A stretch of 63,141 nt of DNA, filler included, from Reclinomonas americana ATCC 50394 (Eukaryota), in assembly GCA_048213135.1 (NCBI GenBank). It is 13 parts of 13 records of this genome, joined end to end, with 100 filler letters (N's around TTAATTAATTAA, not from the genome) between each part and the next. Parts side by side here need not be neighbours in the genome. Positions count along the whole stretch, not along the records: positions 1 to 10,884 come from AFZH01018368.1; positions 10,985 to 15,611 come from AFZH01018370.1; 11 more parts are not named here. The stretch is one strand, 5' to 3'. The first letter of the stretch is position 1. Each line of letters starts with the position of its first letter. Made by a program: the position numbers and the translations under genes. This document shows, one piece after another, positions 1-12,180 of this stretch. The notes below the pieces were generated by a model. It was not told the DNA's origin and did not search any database. It saw only the letters and a list, made by a program, of their open reading frames with translations.

Positions 1-640
1 GCGAAGGGGAAGAGAAGGGGAAAGAGAAGGGGAAAGAGAAGGGGAAAGAGAAGGGAAAGAGAAGGGGAAGAGAGGGGAAAAAGACGGGGAAGAGAACAGG
101 GAAGCAAGATGGCAAAGCAAAGAGGAAAGAGCGAAGAGAGATGGCAGGGGAGCGGCGAAGGCGAAGATGCAATAGGGAGACGGGAAGTGATATGCACAGT
201 CTCAAGGGTAGACGAATAGAGAGAAAGCAAAGAGGATTATCGAAGGAGAGAGCAATGGAGAAGCGGGCGGGAAGCGATGGGGGAACAAAGGGAAGCGAAA
301 TGTTATGATGAAGCGGGGTAAGCAACGGCAGGCGAAGGAAAGGGAGACAAGAAGTAGAAGCTAAGGTCACGATAATGGGAGAGGTCATGGAGAAGAGAAA
401 GGAGAATAGAATGGAGAATAAATCCAGGAGAGTTGGAACAGGCGGCGTCGAAGTGGGGACGATGAAGAGAGAAGCGAAGAGGAAGCAAGAGAGACGATGC
501 ATCAAGGGGCTTGATTGAATGGGAGGAGGAAAGGGAAGGAGAAGAGGAAGGAAGAGCAGAAGCGACGAGGAAGAAAGAGACAGCGCATCGAATGGGTGTC
601 AGTCCGTTGATTTTTCGACTCACGACATGTTTGTGTGCAG

Positions 641-3600
641 TTGTGGCAAGCCGTCGCCATGTCCTCCGCCAGCGTCTCCAAGGCGCGAATTCAGTTTGTA
701 ATGTCGCTTTCTCAGGCCGGTGAGGCGGCGTTGGAAGGTGCGTGATGTCTCCTCCCCCGAGAGGGAGAGAGAAAGGGGGAAAGTGGGAAAGAAACGGCGA
801 GAAGAGGATGGAGAGAGAGAGAGAGAGAGCACAGAAGGACGATGAGTGCAACCAGAAAGACTGGCAGGCGGCGAGCGTGTAAGGAGGGAGGGAAAGTGAG
901 AACACTTGCTTTCTTCAACCACACGTCGTCCTGACGCCGCCACAGCTCATCACGAGTCGATGGAGTGGGTCAGCGCTTCGCTCTTGCGCGCGTTTTTGAG
1001 ATGCAGTGACCGCATGCCGCGCTCGCTGCTGGAAGCATGCTCGGTGGACAATGGCACCATGGGCGACGCAGAGCTGCTGGAGGCGTTGGCGCTGTCGGAC
1101 GCACTTGACACGGATGGAACGCGTGGAGCACAGTTGTTGACGGATATGCTGCAAAAGTGCCTGCAATCGATGATGTATCGGCATTACGACGTTCTTGTGG
1201 CGTTTGTGGCGCGTGTGTTCTCGGCGGCGAGTCACGTACTGCGGTTCGTATGAAGACAAGGGTTGGTTTCGAATTGATTTCGTTTCTCATCTTGTCACAT
1301 GTGCAGCAGCGGAGAGGAAGTCGACGGTGCTGGCTCCACATCAAAAGCGGCTCTGCATGCCACCACCGTGGTCAAGGCGCTGACGGGTGACGGAGTCATT
1401 GACACGTTGAATGTTGCGATTGACACCACTTTGTTGTCCATCGCGTGACACTCACATTCTCTTGTTGATATAGGCATTGGTGTTGCGAATCGGCGTGTTG
1501 GACGGCTCACTGTTGCAGCACCTGAGCACCACTGTGGAGTGTGCCGGTGAGTTGGCCAACCAGCTCCGACCGTGGAATCCGAACGCAGGCTCGCAGCGTC
1601 CGCTGGTCTCACAAATGGAGCATCTGTTGGTCACACTGCTGCGCGCACTGCGGCACTGGGACAGCACGCTGTTGACCACGGAGCGCTTGTTCAGTTGCGT
1701 GGCAGTCTGAGTATGGATTTCCTGGTAAGATTGGCGTCTCACCCGGGCCTTCAGATCCACTTGTGTGCCAGCAATCCATCGAGATGCAGCAGGTCGACTC
1801 GGCTCACCTCGAACACGTAGTGACTGCCATTGGCAAGATTGCCGCGCACTTCCGCCAGTACACCATCAACCAGCGGTGCGCTTGTGCATTGATGCAATGG
1901 CTTGACGGGATAATCTGCTCACACATGTTTGTGCGTGACCCAGTGGCCCCACCTTCCAGCTGTCGCCGGCGGCTCAGCACGTGCGCTCACTCAGTCTGCT
2001 CGTGTCGGCCGCCAACTATTTTGCCCTGGCGCTCTGGTTGTGTCTGCTGGAGGGGGTGTCGCAGACGGTGGTGGAGAATTTGTGGACGCTGCTGGAGTGG
2101 CTGGTGGAGGTGAGAGGGGGAGTGGGGCAAAGGGGGAGGTGGCAAAGGGGGAGGAGGAAGGGGGGAAAGGGGAAGGGGGAATTGGGGAGGGGGGAAAGGG
2201 GAAGGGGAGGGGAGTGAAGAAGGGGGAGAAGGGGGCAAAGGGAGGGGGAGACGGGGACTTAAAGTGAGGAAGGGGAAGAAGCGAAGAGTCAGAACTGGAA
2301 GTACAGGAGGTGGAGATAAGATCAACAGAAGCTCGAAGTAGCGATGAATGCTGAGCATGTTCGGCGGCTGCTGGGTGGCGGAGCCGTTGATCACGAATGT
2401 GGAAGGAGGGATGGTGGAATTAGAGGGAAGAGGGTGGTAACAGGGAGTGAGGAAAGCGGGAAAAGCGAGGGTGAAAGGGGAAGTAAGAGAAAGAGAGAGA
2501 AAGAGAGATAGAGAGAGGAGGGAGGGAGGGAGAGAGAAACAGACAGAAAGAGAGAGAGGAGGGTAGGAAGAGAGAGATAGAACGGGAGAGCGAGAAAGTG
2601 AGAAGAGAAAGAGACTGAAGTTGAGAGACAAATAGCCAGAGAGAGAGAGAGAGAGAGAGAGGAGGAGGAGGAAGAAGAGAGAGAGGCAGGAATGGATGAA
2701 AGAGAGAGAGAGGGAGGAATGAAAGAAAGACAAGAGAAATGTGAGAGAGATACGGAAAGAGAGAGAGAGAGAGACGAGGAAGAGAGAAGAGAAAGAGAGA
2801 AACTGAGAGAGAGGAGGGAAAGAAGGAAGAGACAGGAATGGAAGAAAGAAATGAGAAAAAGAGAAAGAGAAGCAGGCAGAGAGAGAGAGAGGGGGGATGA
2901 AAAAGAAAGAAAAGAGAAATTGTGAGAGAGATCAGGGGAAAAGAGAGAGAGAGAGAGCGAGACCAACGTGGAAAAAGAAGTTTATCAAGAACCAGGACGA
3001 GGAGATCATGAAGGAGAAAGGATGCGAACGCAAGGAAGGGAGGAATAGAATATGTAGACGAGAATGAGAACAGACTTGACATGACTGAGAAGTGGAGCGA
3101 GAACTCACAGTCGTTACCGATGCAGAGCGACCAGGCCATGCCGATGGACTCGGTGCTGCCTGCTGTGCGTCTGAGCTGCCCTTCATCGCTGTCGTCGGAG
3201 ACGATTCGCATGTCACTGGCGGCTGTCGAGGCGCACTCGCTGCTGGCCGATTTGCCTCGGTGAGTCACTCGTGCTTTTCTGTCCAAGGCGACCTCGCGCT
3301 GACCGTTTCACCGCAGTCGAGCATCCTCGCATCCTTACGCCGTACCAATCATTCTCGGCCGCTTCTACGGCCTCCTACCGCACGACTTTTCCAGACTGGC
3401 TGTCGCTCTCAAGGCCACGGTGCGTGCAGTCGATCGTCTCCTGAGCAATCGTGTGTTCGCTCACATGCGCATCGCAGCTGCCACCGTCCTCGAAAGACAT
3501 GTATGCGTGTCTGCAAGAGGTCCTCAAGCGACTACCGGCTGGCACACCGTACACGCAGGCTGACTTGACGGATGCGGATGTGCGTTCGCAAATGGGTCGT

Positions 3601-4986
3601 CTTTGATGTTCAAATGTTTTTCTCACGATGATATATCGATAGGATGCGCCACTTGCTGCCGCTGGTCGTCGAAACGCAGCGGTGAGTTGATGCTGCACGC
3701 ATGAATCACTGCTTCTTTCTCTTCTCTCGTGCCGATCGTGCAATCTTGTGCAGGCTGGGCGCACACGCAATCGCGATGATACCACTGTGCCCGCGGCCTT
3801 CTCGCAGCTCTTGAACGCCAATGCGCATGTTGCGTTTCTGAGTGCATCATGCGTCGAGTGGCAGACTGTATGCTGAGCGTGGTATGGTTGTTGCAGTTGA
3901 CAAAGCCCATGTGGGATTCGTTGCGCGGATTCGGCGAGGACATGATGAATGCGGTGCAAGCATTCAACGCTCGCGCCACATCGGAAGACTTTGGTTTGCT
4001 TCCCACGATGTGTGTTTGATGCTCATTGTCGTGCCTCATACGTGCAACACACACAGCTGACTCCGCGACGCTGCTGGCTGCACTCACGCCACCAGTGCTG
4101 TTGCGCGTCGAGCAGCTGGTGCGTCTCATTGTGCACACGCAGCGAAAGACAGTTGTGTTCATCCATGATGTCGTTGTGCAGAGTCTGATTCTGCGCGTGC
4201 TGCCCGAGTCTCTGTTTTACTCTGCGTCGGAGCCATTCTTTGAGGGCGATGAACTGCATTGCATGATCCGTTGCGTTGGTGGCGAAGCAGATGTGGCGTG
4301 TCGAAGCTGACTGTAGGCGCGCAGAATTCTGTCACACGATTCTCTCGCTGCTGTGGGAGACGACGCCGCTGGATGAGCTGCTCAAGTCCGACGCGCGTGT
4401 GCAACTCGCCATGGATATTCTGTCCACGCTGGAGAAGAGGAATTCAGCGCGGTGCGTAAGTAGGGGAAGGGTATTTATTAAGGGAAAGGGAGGAGAGGGA
4501 GGGGTTGAGTGTAGAAGGGTGTAAGGGGAGGGGTGGCGTTGGGTAGGTCTGCGGCGAGCTGAGAAAGAAATGGTTGAAGAAGACGTGAATGTCGAGCGAG
4601 TGTGCGGGGTTTTGTTGTTTTTATGATTATTATTGTTCATGTTGTTGATGTTGTTGAGGTCTTGATGTTGTTAATGTTGTTGATGTTGTTGATGGTGTTG
4701 TTGTTTTTTGTTGTTGTTGTTGTTTTTGTTGTTGTTGTTCTTCTTCTTCCTCTTCTTGATCTTCTTCTTCTTGTTCTTGTTCTTGTTCTTCTTCTTCTTC
4801 TTCTTGTTCTTGATCTTCTTCTTCTTGTTCTTGTTCTTGTTCTTCTTCTTCTTCTTCATCATCATCTTCTTCTTCTTCTTCTTCTTCTTCTTCTTCTTCT
4901 TCTTTTTCTTCTTCTTCTTCTTCTTCTTCTTCTTCTCCTCCTTCTTCTTCTTGCTCTTCTTCCTCTTCCTCTTCTTCTTCATCGTC

Positions 4987-5063
<77 letters not shown>

Positions 5064-7904
5064 ATTGTTGTTGTTGTTGTTGTTCTCTTTGTTGCTCTTC
5101 TTCTTCTTGTTGTTGTCGGTGTTGTCATATCGTTGTTTTTGCTGTTGTGTGTGAGAATGACTGTCCTTGCGCTAAATTTGAGTTCATTTTGTTGCTGGAT
5201 AGAGGGCAGGAGAGACAGAGAATTTGTTATCCTGTTACGTCGCTGTGTTGTGTGCTCATAGTTGTTCGCACAGTGCCATCCTGCCATGCTCGGTGTTCTA
5301 CCACCCGCGCATCTCGGACCACGTAGCCTCCAATCCGAGCGTGCTCGAGCTCCTCGATCCCGGTTTGCTTGCCCATCGCACAGTCGCAGTTCTCACTGCG
5401 TTCACTAACTCGCTGTGTGCGACCAGCCAAACGGTCGTCAAAACTCGGTCGTGGCATGTCTTCCGTGTTTGGTCCGGGCGCGAGATCCATTCCCGGTTCC
5501 AGTCGCATGGAGGAGTCAGTCGCAGCGTCCGCAGCGTCGGCTCCGGCCGGTGCCTCGTCGTTGCTCACGGTGGCGGCACAGGTGAGCAGTGTATCACTTC
5601 TGTCTATCTGTGAACTTGAGATACTCACAGGCTGCTCTTTTCGTAGGTGCTGATGCAACGTGCGCCGTACCTGGTGCACATGGACGTGAAGAGGCAGATC
5701 TTTGCGGCGCAGGTGGTGCCGCAGAATCCGGCTGCTGTGATTACCGTGCGTCTCCGGTTGTCATAAAGTTGCTTGTGAGTCGCATCTTGCTCATCAACGT
5801 GCACAGGTGAATCGCAACAACCTCATTACCTCATCGGTGCGTGCCTGGGAAGCCATTCGCCGCACCGACTTGCGCAGGCGGCTGAAGGTGACATTTGAGG
5901 GCGAGGAAACCATCGACATTAATGGTTTGTTTGAGAAGTTTTTGTGCTCATGTGGTTGGCCTCTGTTGCTGACGATAACCGCAGGCGTGAAGCGCGAGTA
6001 CGTGACGCTCTTCTCGCGACAAGCGTTCCAACCAGACACGGGGCTGTTTGCGCACGCCGATGGCAACTTTGTGCCGAGTGCTCATGGTGCGTGGGGATTC
6101 TCACTCGCCCCGGTTAAAGCGAACAGTGCTGACCCTTTCTCTTGCAGCCACGAGTGCGGACGATCTCCGTCGCTTCGAGGTGCTCGGGCGCTTCCTGGGC
6201 AAGGTGCTGGCGGAGAGGACGCCGATTGAGCCGCACCTCAGTTCGCTTGTGTTGAAGCGTCTACTGAATCGTCGGCTGGTGCGTGAGCGAAGGGGAAGGC
6301 GGAGGGAAAGGGGGAGGGGAATGGGGAATGGATGGGGAAGGGGAATGTGAGAAAGTGGAGAGTGAGAGACTGAGAAATAGAAAGAGAGAGACTGGCAGAG
6401 AGAGAAAGAGAGAGAGAGAGAATGAGAAAGAGAGAAAGAGAGGGAGAGAGGGGGCTCTCTGCTCGCATCTCACCTCGAAGTGAGGAAAGAGAATTGTCGG
6501 ATCTCATCGCTGCGTTGGAGAGATGTTGATGGAGGTGTTTTGTGACGGACGTGCCAGCGTGTTGGTGAAATAGACTACACTAACGATGTTTGGCAGTTTG
6601 AGTGGACTGTCAGGAGAGTGAGAGAGAGAGGGAGAGAGGGAGAGAGGGAGGGCGTTGATGGAGCTCTGTGCTCGCATCTCAGCCTGACCTGAGGGAAGAG
6701 AAGTTGTCGGATATCATTGCTGCAACGGAGAGATGTTGATGGAGGTGTTCTGTGACGCACTTGCCAGCGTGTTGGTGAATTAGAATGCAGTATCGATGTT
6801 TGGCAGTTTGAGAGGATCGCCATTGGAGAGAGTCGGCGCACGAGTTCTGGGGAGTGTTGGATTGACAGCACGAGGAGTATGAAGTGAGAAGGAGGAAACA
6901 GTTGACACTAGAGGCAGAGAGAGTGGTCTGGACGGTTGTGTTGTTGTTGGTCGTGAAGAAATGTGCTCATGTTTTGAGAGGGCACGTGCTTTTTGAGAGA
7001 GCGCCACAAGACATTGTGGTCATACTTTTGATATCTGGCTCACTCTCTGCACTGCAGACGTACCACGACTTGGAGAAGGTGGACCACCAGTTCTACCAGA
7101 ACCGTTTGCTGTGGATTCGCGACAACGACGTGGAGGGCGTGGTGTTCCTCACCTTTACCGAGGGCGACGTGGAGCTGTGCGCGGGCGGACGGCAACGGGA
7201 GGTCACCAACGAGAATAAGTTGGAGTACTTGGATTTGCTGGCCGATTACAAGCTGAAGTTGGAGTTGGAGGCGCAAATGCAGCGACTGGTGCGTGGATTT
7301 GCGGATGTTATTCCCGCGGCCACCATTCAGATGTTTGCGCCGGAGGAGTTGGATTTGTTGTTGTGTGGTGTGGATGCGGTGGAGGTGAGCGGGAGGGAGG
7401 AGAGGAGGGAAGGGGCGGGATAGGGAAAGTGTGAAAGAGAAAGATTTCATACCAAGAGACATCCATGTGGTGTGCACTCACTTTTCTATCCACCCCTTGC
7501 AGCTATCGGACCTGCAGGCGCACACCAAGTACACGCAGAGTTACACAGCCGAGTCGCCCGTCGTGCAGGCACTGTGGCAGGTGTTGGGCCAGTGGGCGCG
7601 CGAGCAGCCGGAGATGCTGCGCAACTTGCTGCAGTTTGTTGCGTCCTTTGCACATGACACGCTTGTGGCGCCACATCCTCTCATCATACTATAGGTCACG
7701 GGTTCGCCACGAGTTCCTCTCGGCGGGTTCGCCAAGTACGATCCACCGTTCACCGTGCAACGCGTCGACGGCAGTGACAAGATGCCGTCGGCCTCGACGT
7801 GTTTCAACATCCTGAAACTGCCGGCCTACCCCTCGGCCGCCGTGCTGGCCGACAAGCTGACGGTGGCCGTGCAGGAGGGAGCAGTGGGCTTTGCTTTCTC
7901 GTGA
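641..7904 (+). CDS. HECT-domain E3 ubiquitin ligase (about 20 exons, 5' end not identified)
   Basis: In-frame GT-AG spliced exons give VNRNNLITSS..RLKVTFEGEETIDINGVKREYVTL, LGRFLGKVL, YHDLEKVDHQFY, VTNENKLEYL, LLQFVTGSPRVPLGGF and PSASTCFNILKLPAY (catalytic Cys), ending GFAFS* at TGA 7902-7904. Upstream exons from 641 join in frame and encode a long helical region. Confidence 0.92.
4620..5140. repeat. Compound trinucleotide microsatellite (GTT)n/(CTT)n inside a HECT intron
   Basis: Long runs of ttc/ctt and gtt/ttg between donor 4452 and the acceptor near 5260; source of the spurious poly-L/V/K/F ORFs. Confidence 0.95.
6453..6812. repeat. Intronic diverged tandem duplication, about 208-nt period
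   Basis: gctc..gctcgcatctca...ggagagatgttgatggaggtgtt...gccagcgtgttggtgaa...cgatgtttggcagtttgag occurs at about 6453-6603 and 6661-6812. Confidence 0.9.
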
Positions 7905-8135
7905 GCGACCATCGCCGCCAGCTGTGCATGCATGCGAAGCCACTCGGAGAAGAAAGCCGTCGCGCTTCCGAGGCCCCCCGCGCCGACTCTTGTCAGCAAG
8001 AGATGATCATCACTCAGGAGGGAAAGAAATTAATAAGATCGACTGATCTGCATGCTTTATACGGTGGGCGGCGAGGAGAGAAACTTTGTAGAAATAGGAG
8101 AAAGAGATAGAGAGGGAGGTATGCATTGAGAGCTC

Positions 8136-11100
8136 TCAACTGATGAACTCGTTGAACTCCTTCTTGCCCCACTCCAGGTCCGGGCAGCCGCTCACAAAGA
8201 TAAAGACCAACAGCGCAATCATGATGAGCACCATCAGGCGCAACAGCCAGGTGACAATCACGCTCTGCTTGCGTGCATCCTCCTTCTGCGGGGCGAGGGA
8301 TGAGGAGCTGGTGGGGGAGCGAAACGAGAAGGACGCAATACCTTGCGAGAAAAGTAGGCCGTGAACCACACGACAAACACGCCGGTCAGGAGGACGAGCG
8401 GGTAGAAGATGTTCGGTGGCATGGAGTTGGGGAAGTGGCCGCGACCGTACTTGATGATCAACATGGTCTGCATAAGAAAAGGGTGGTGAGCAATGGGAGG
8501 GGGGAGAGGGAAGAGAGAAAAGGGGGAGAGAAGGAGAGAGAAGGAGAGAGGGCGAGGGGAAGGTGAGAGAGAAGGATGAGAGAGAAGGGGGAGGGAAGAG
8601 GGAGAGAGAGAGAAGGGGAGAGAGAGGGAGAGGGGGAGAGAAAGACGAAGCAGGAGATACAGAGTTAGAGAAATGATGAGAGAAGAGAGCGAGATATAGA
8701 GACGGAAGGAAAAGAAAGGGACTGAGTGAGAAAAGATGTTTGAAAGAGAGAAGAGCAAGGGGAAAGAAAGACAAAGCGAGAGACAAAGACATAGAGTCAG
8801 AGAAGTGATGAGACAAGAGACAAAGGGGAATGAGCAAAGGCAAGGCAAGAGACAGAGGGAGAGATAGGGAAGAGAGAGAAAGAGAGATACGAGGGAAAAG
8901 GGGGAGAGAAAGAGAGACGATACAGAGAGAGAATTGAGAGCAAGACGAAGCAAGAGACACAGAGGCACAAAGATGAGGCGAGAGAAAGGATAGCGAGGGG
9001 AAGGAAAGGGGGACAGAGAAAGAAACACAGAGACAGTGAGACGTACAAAAATGATGTTGAGGGAAAGAAAAAAGAAGAGAGAACGAAGGGGGGAAGGAAT
9101 GAGAGAGGAAGACAAGGCAAGAGACGCAGAGATAGAGAAAGACGGCGAGAGATAGAAGGACAAAGCAAGAGACACAGAGATAGAGAGTTATGAAGAGAGG
9201 AGAGAGAAGGGATGGAATGAGCGAGAGGAAGGCAAGGCAAGAGACACGAAGGCGGCGAATGATGGTGAGAGGCAGAAGAGAGGGGGGAAGAAGCAGAGGA
9301 AACAGCAAGAGGTAGAGACAGAAACGACGTTTGAAAATGGGAAGAGCAAGGGGGAAAGAAAAGAGGACAAAACAAGAGACGAGAGAGGGGAAAAGAGAAA
9401 CAGACCTCCGCAGAGTATATCGCCAGCGCAATCCACGTGTTCACGCCGACACGCTTGGTCCGCGGGTCGACAATAAACTGGTAGTACTCGCGCAAGGCGG
9501 GCACACCGATTCCGAGCCAAATGAGCAGGCTGCACAGGCGATGAGGGAGACGAAGAGTGATGTTACAGAGATGGACGGCCAACGGACGGCATACCGAATG
9601 GTGTTCATCGGATTCTTCGGCGGCACCCACAGGATGTACTTGAGGAAGAAGCCGTACAGCTCGACGCAGTTGACCTATGCGTGGGTGAGAGAGAAGAGAA
9701 GTGAGGGGCGGGGAGGGAGAGGGAGAAGGAGAGGAAAGTTGTGTGTGTAAGCGAGGGAGAGAGGGTGAGAGTGTTCTGGGTCTATACGTGCGCAATAGCT
9801 GTCGCATACAGCGTACTCTCTCAACAATTCATCTGCTCTCCTCATTGAGAGTTCAACTGTATCTCAACGCTGCTGAATGTGTCCTGATCCTTCTCCCTAA
9901 GACGAAAATTCTCCACCAATGTATATCAGCGCTTCCCCAGCTCGCCCAGTATCTCTCTTTCCTTGCTCATCATGCCACCTCTTTGATCTAGTCATGCTGC
10001 AATATTTCTTCTCTCTCCATTCCTCTCACTCGCTTCATCAGCATTTCTCTCCTCACCCACTCCCCGCAGCTGCAGGCAGAGAAATAGTCTGCAATCGTGC
10101 AGCCACCCCCTCACGCATGTACGCAACAATCCACGCCACGGCCAGCACGTAGCAGAAACGCTTGGCGTTGTCGAGAATCTTCCACTCGAACACATCGAGA
10201 CTAGCAGCAAAGAAACAAAATGAGCAAGTGGCGTTCCGCAATCCGCAACAAAAGCGCGCAACTGCTCAGGCAGGACACGCAGGCCGAGACGCTTCACGCG
10301 GTTCGACTCGCCCATCCAGTCGTACCACTGCGGACCATCAATGAGAACGTGGAGGGGTGCCGGATGCGAGTATGCATCGGCGCTCACTTACCCTCATCTG
10401 GAAATACTCGACAGTCTTCATGCCCAGGTACATGCCCAGCAAATTGCAGCCGAGCACGTCGAGGAGCAACTGCGAGAAAGGTGAGACTTCATAGACATAA
10501 GAGGGTGCACTACAAGGGTTGACGCAACGTGATCCCACCAGCACTCCTTGAAGTTCTCCATCATGTGCTGGAAGACGCTGCGGGAGGGCGCGTGAGCGAA
10601 GAGAGAAGGTGGCAAGAAGAGGAGGAGCGCGACAACGCAACACTTCAGTCACTTCAAAGAGCAAGCTGTTGACGAGCACCAGTCGGTAGTCGCGCCACAG
10701 CAGCGCTTTGCCAAAGTAGCTGTGCGAACAGGGAAGGGTGAGCGATGAGAATGGTGGATGGTGCCGAAATTGTGCGGACAACAGACTCACCCCTGTGTTC
10801 ACGTTGACGGGCGCAGAGAGAGGGGAGGAGAGGAAGGGAAGAGGGGGAGGAGAGGGGAAGAGAGGGGAAGAGAGGGGAAGAGAGNNNNNNNNNNNNNNNN
10901 NNNNNNNNNNNNNNNNNNNNNNNNNNNNTTAATTAATTAANNNNNNNNNNNNNNNNNNNNNNNNNNNNNNNNNNNNNNNNNNNNAAGAAGAAGAAGAAGA
11001 AGAAGAAGAAGGGAGAGAGAGAAGAAGGGAGAGAGAGATGCACACAACACAATGCACACGAGCGATTGTGTAAGAGAGCGAAGCCAGGAAGGAAGAAACG

Positions 11101-11772
11101 GGACAAGAGTCTGACAGAAAGGATGGCGCGAGAGTCAGTGTGAGAGTTGTGAGAGTGTGTGTGCATAAGTGTGTGTGTGAGAGATAGAGAGAGGGAGGGC
11201 GGCACAACAGAGACAGAGGAGACCGACACAAACTTGAATAGACACCCACGTGGCGCGCATTGCAAATCGGTTCACCGTGAAAACCAAAGAGAGAGAGCGC
11301 ATGAGAGAGACAAAGACACACACATACAAGCACACACACAGCACGACATGCTGCAAATGCACACGAACACGTGTGTGTCTGTGAGAGAGAGCAAGTGCAG
11401 ATGTCGCGCATGCACAACACACACTCTCTGCCTCTCCTCTCTCTCACACAAACACACACATGCACGCAACTAACGAATGTTCTGCTCCCACGACTCATGC
11501 TCGCGAATGAACACAAAGTAGATGAGAACGCCGAGGCCGAGTGTCAAATACGTCAGTGTGTGCGGGTTCTCCAAGACACCTCCACCTCCACCTCCACTGC
11601 TGTTATTGTTGGCAACTACAGCGCTTTTCTTGCCACCACTCTTGTCGTCCGCAGAAGAGGATGCGGAAGAGGGCGATGACTCTAATGAGGTCTGAGAGGC
11701 GATTGTGGTTGTTACTGGATTAGAGGAGGAGGAGGCATCGTCGCGTGAGGCTTGCTTGCGACGAGCGCTCAT
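8136..11772 (-). CDS. Phosphatidylserine synthase, base-exchange PSS family (PTDSS1/2-like); middle exons probably hidden in the gap at 10885-10984
   Basis: Spliced translation: NPHTLTYL, YFGKALLWRD, FEVTEVVFQHMMENFKECWWDH, LLDVLGCNLLG, ELYGFFLKYILWVPPKNP, PALREYYQFI. These are the diagnostic PSS motifs. Confidence 0.93.
10885..10984. other. Artificial assembly gap linker N44-TTAATTAATTAA-N44. Others at 15612, 16952, 22825, 25275, 29327, 35528, 45658, 49495, 51466, 56924 and 59615
   Basis: Identical 100-nt spacer with stops in all six frames occurs 12 times, mostly flanked by low-complexity sequence. Confidence 0.99.
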
Positions 11773-12180
11773 GGTGGGCGGTGAGAAGTGATTGAGGACA
11801 TTGCAAGAGGACGACTTCGGCAATGCATTCGTGGCGAAGTGAGTGAGAAGTAACGCACAATGAGCTCTATTGTCAAGGCACCATCTCCGCCTCCGCCTCC
11901 ACTGCTGTTATTGTTGGCAACTACAGCGCTTTTCTTGCCACCACTCTTGTCGACGTCGTCCGCGCGGATCCGGACGGAGGACGACTTCCAGTGCAATTGT
12001 GGCGATTAAACACGTTGAGCTCTATTGTGGACGACTATCTACTGCATAGGTCGCTTCGTATTATGGTGGAGCGCTCATCGTGGGTGGTGAGAGCGACAGT
12101 AGCGGGACGAACCGAACAATCGCAAAAAGCTCATTTTCAGCTATTTTCAATTCGACCATTTTTTCGACTTCCGTGGAGCC

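Noticed and set aside
4602..5287. Poly-L/V/K/F/T ORFs
   Set aside because: Trinucleotide microsatellite inside a HECT intron.
8258..9431. Many long S/L/F/P-rich or R/E/G/K-rich ORFs in the ORF track (also at 29-31, 42-44, 46-48 and 52-58 kb)
   Set aside because: Stop-poor translations of purine/pyrimidine intron tracts; no domain signal.
10929..10940. Recurrent palindrome TTAATTAATTAA flanked by N runs
   Set aside because: Artificial six-frame-stop scaffold linker, not biological.
11468..11472. Apparent in-frame stop codons in conserved genes, suggesting a variant genetic code
   Set aside because: Each is removed by a GT-AG intron; TAA, TAG and TGA all terminate genes normally.
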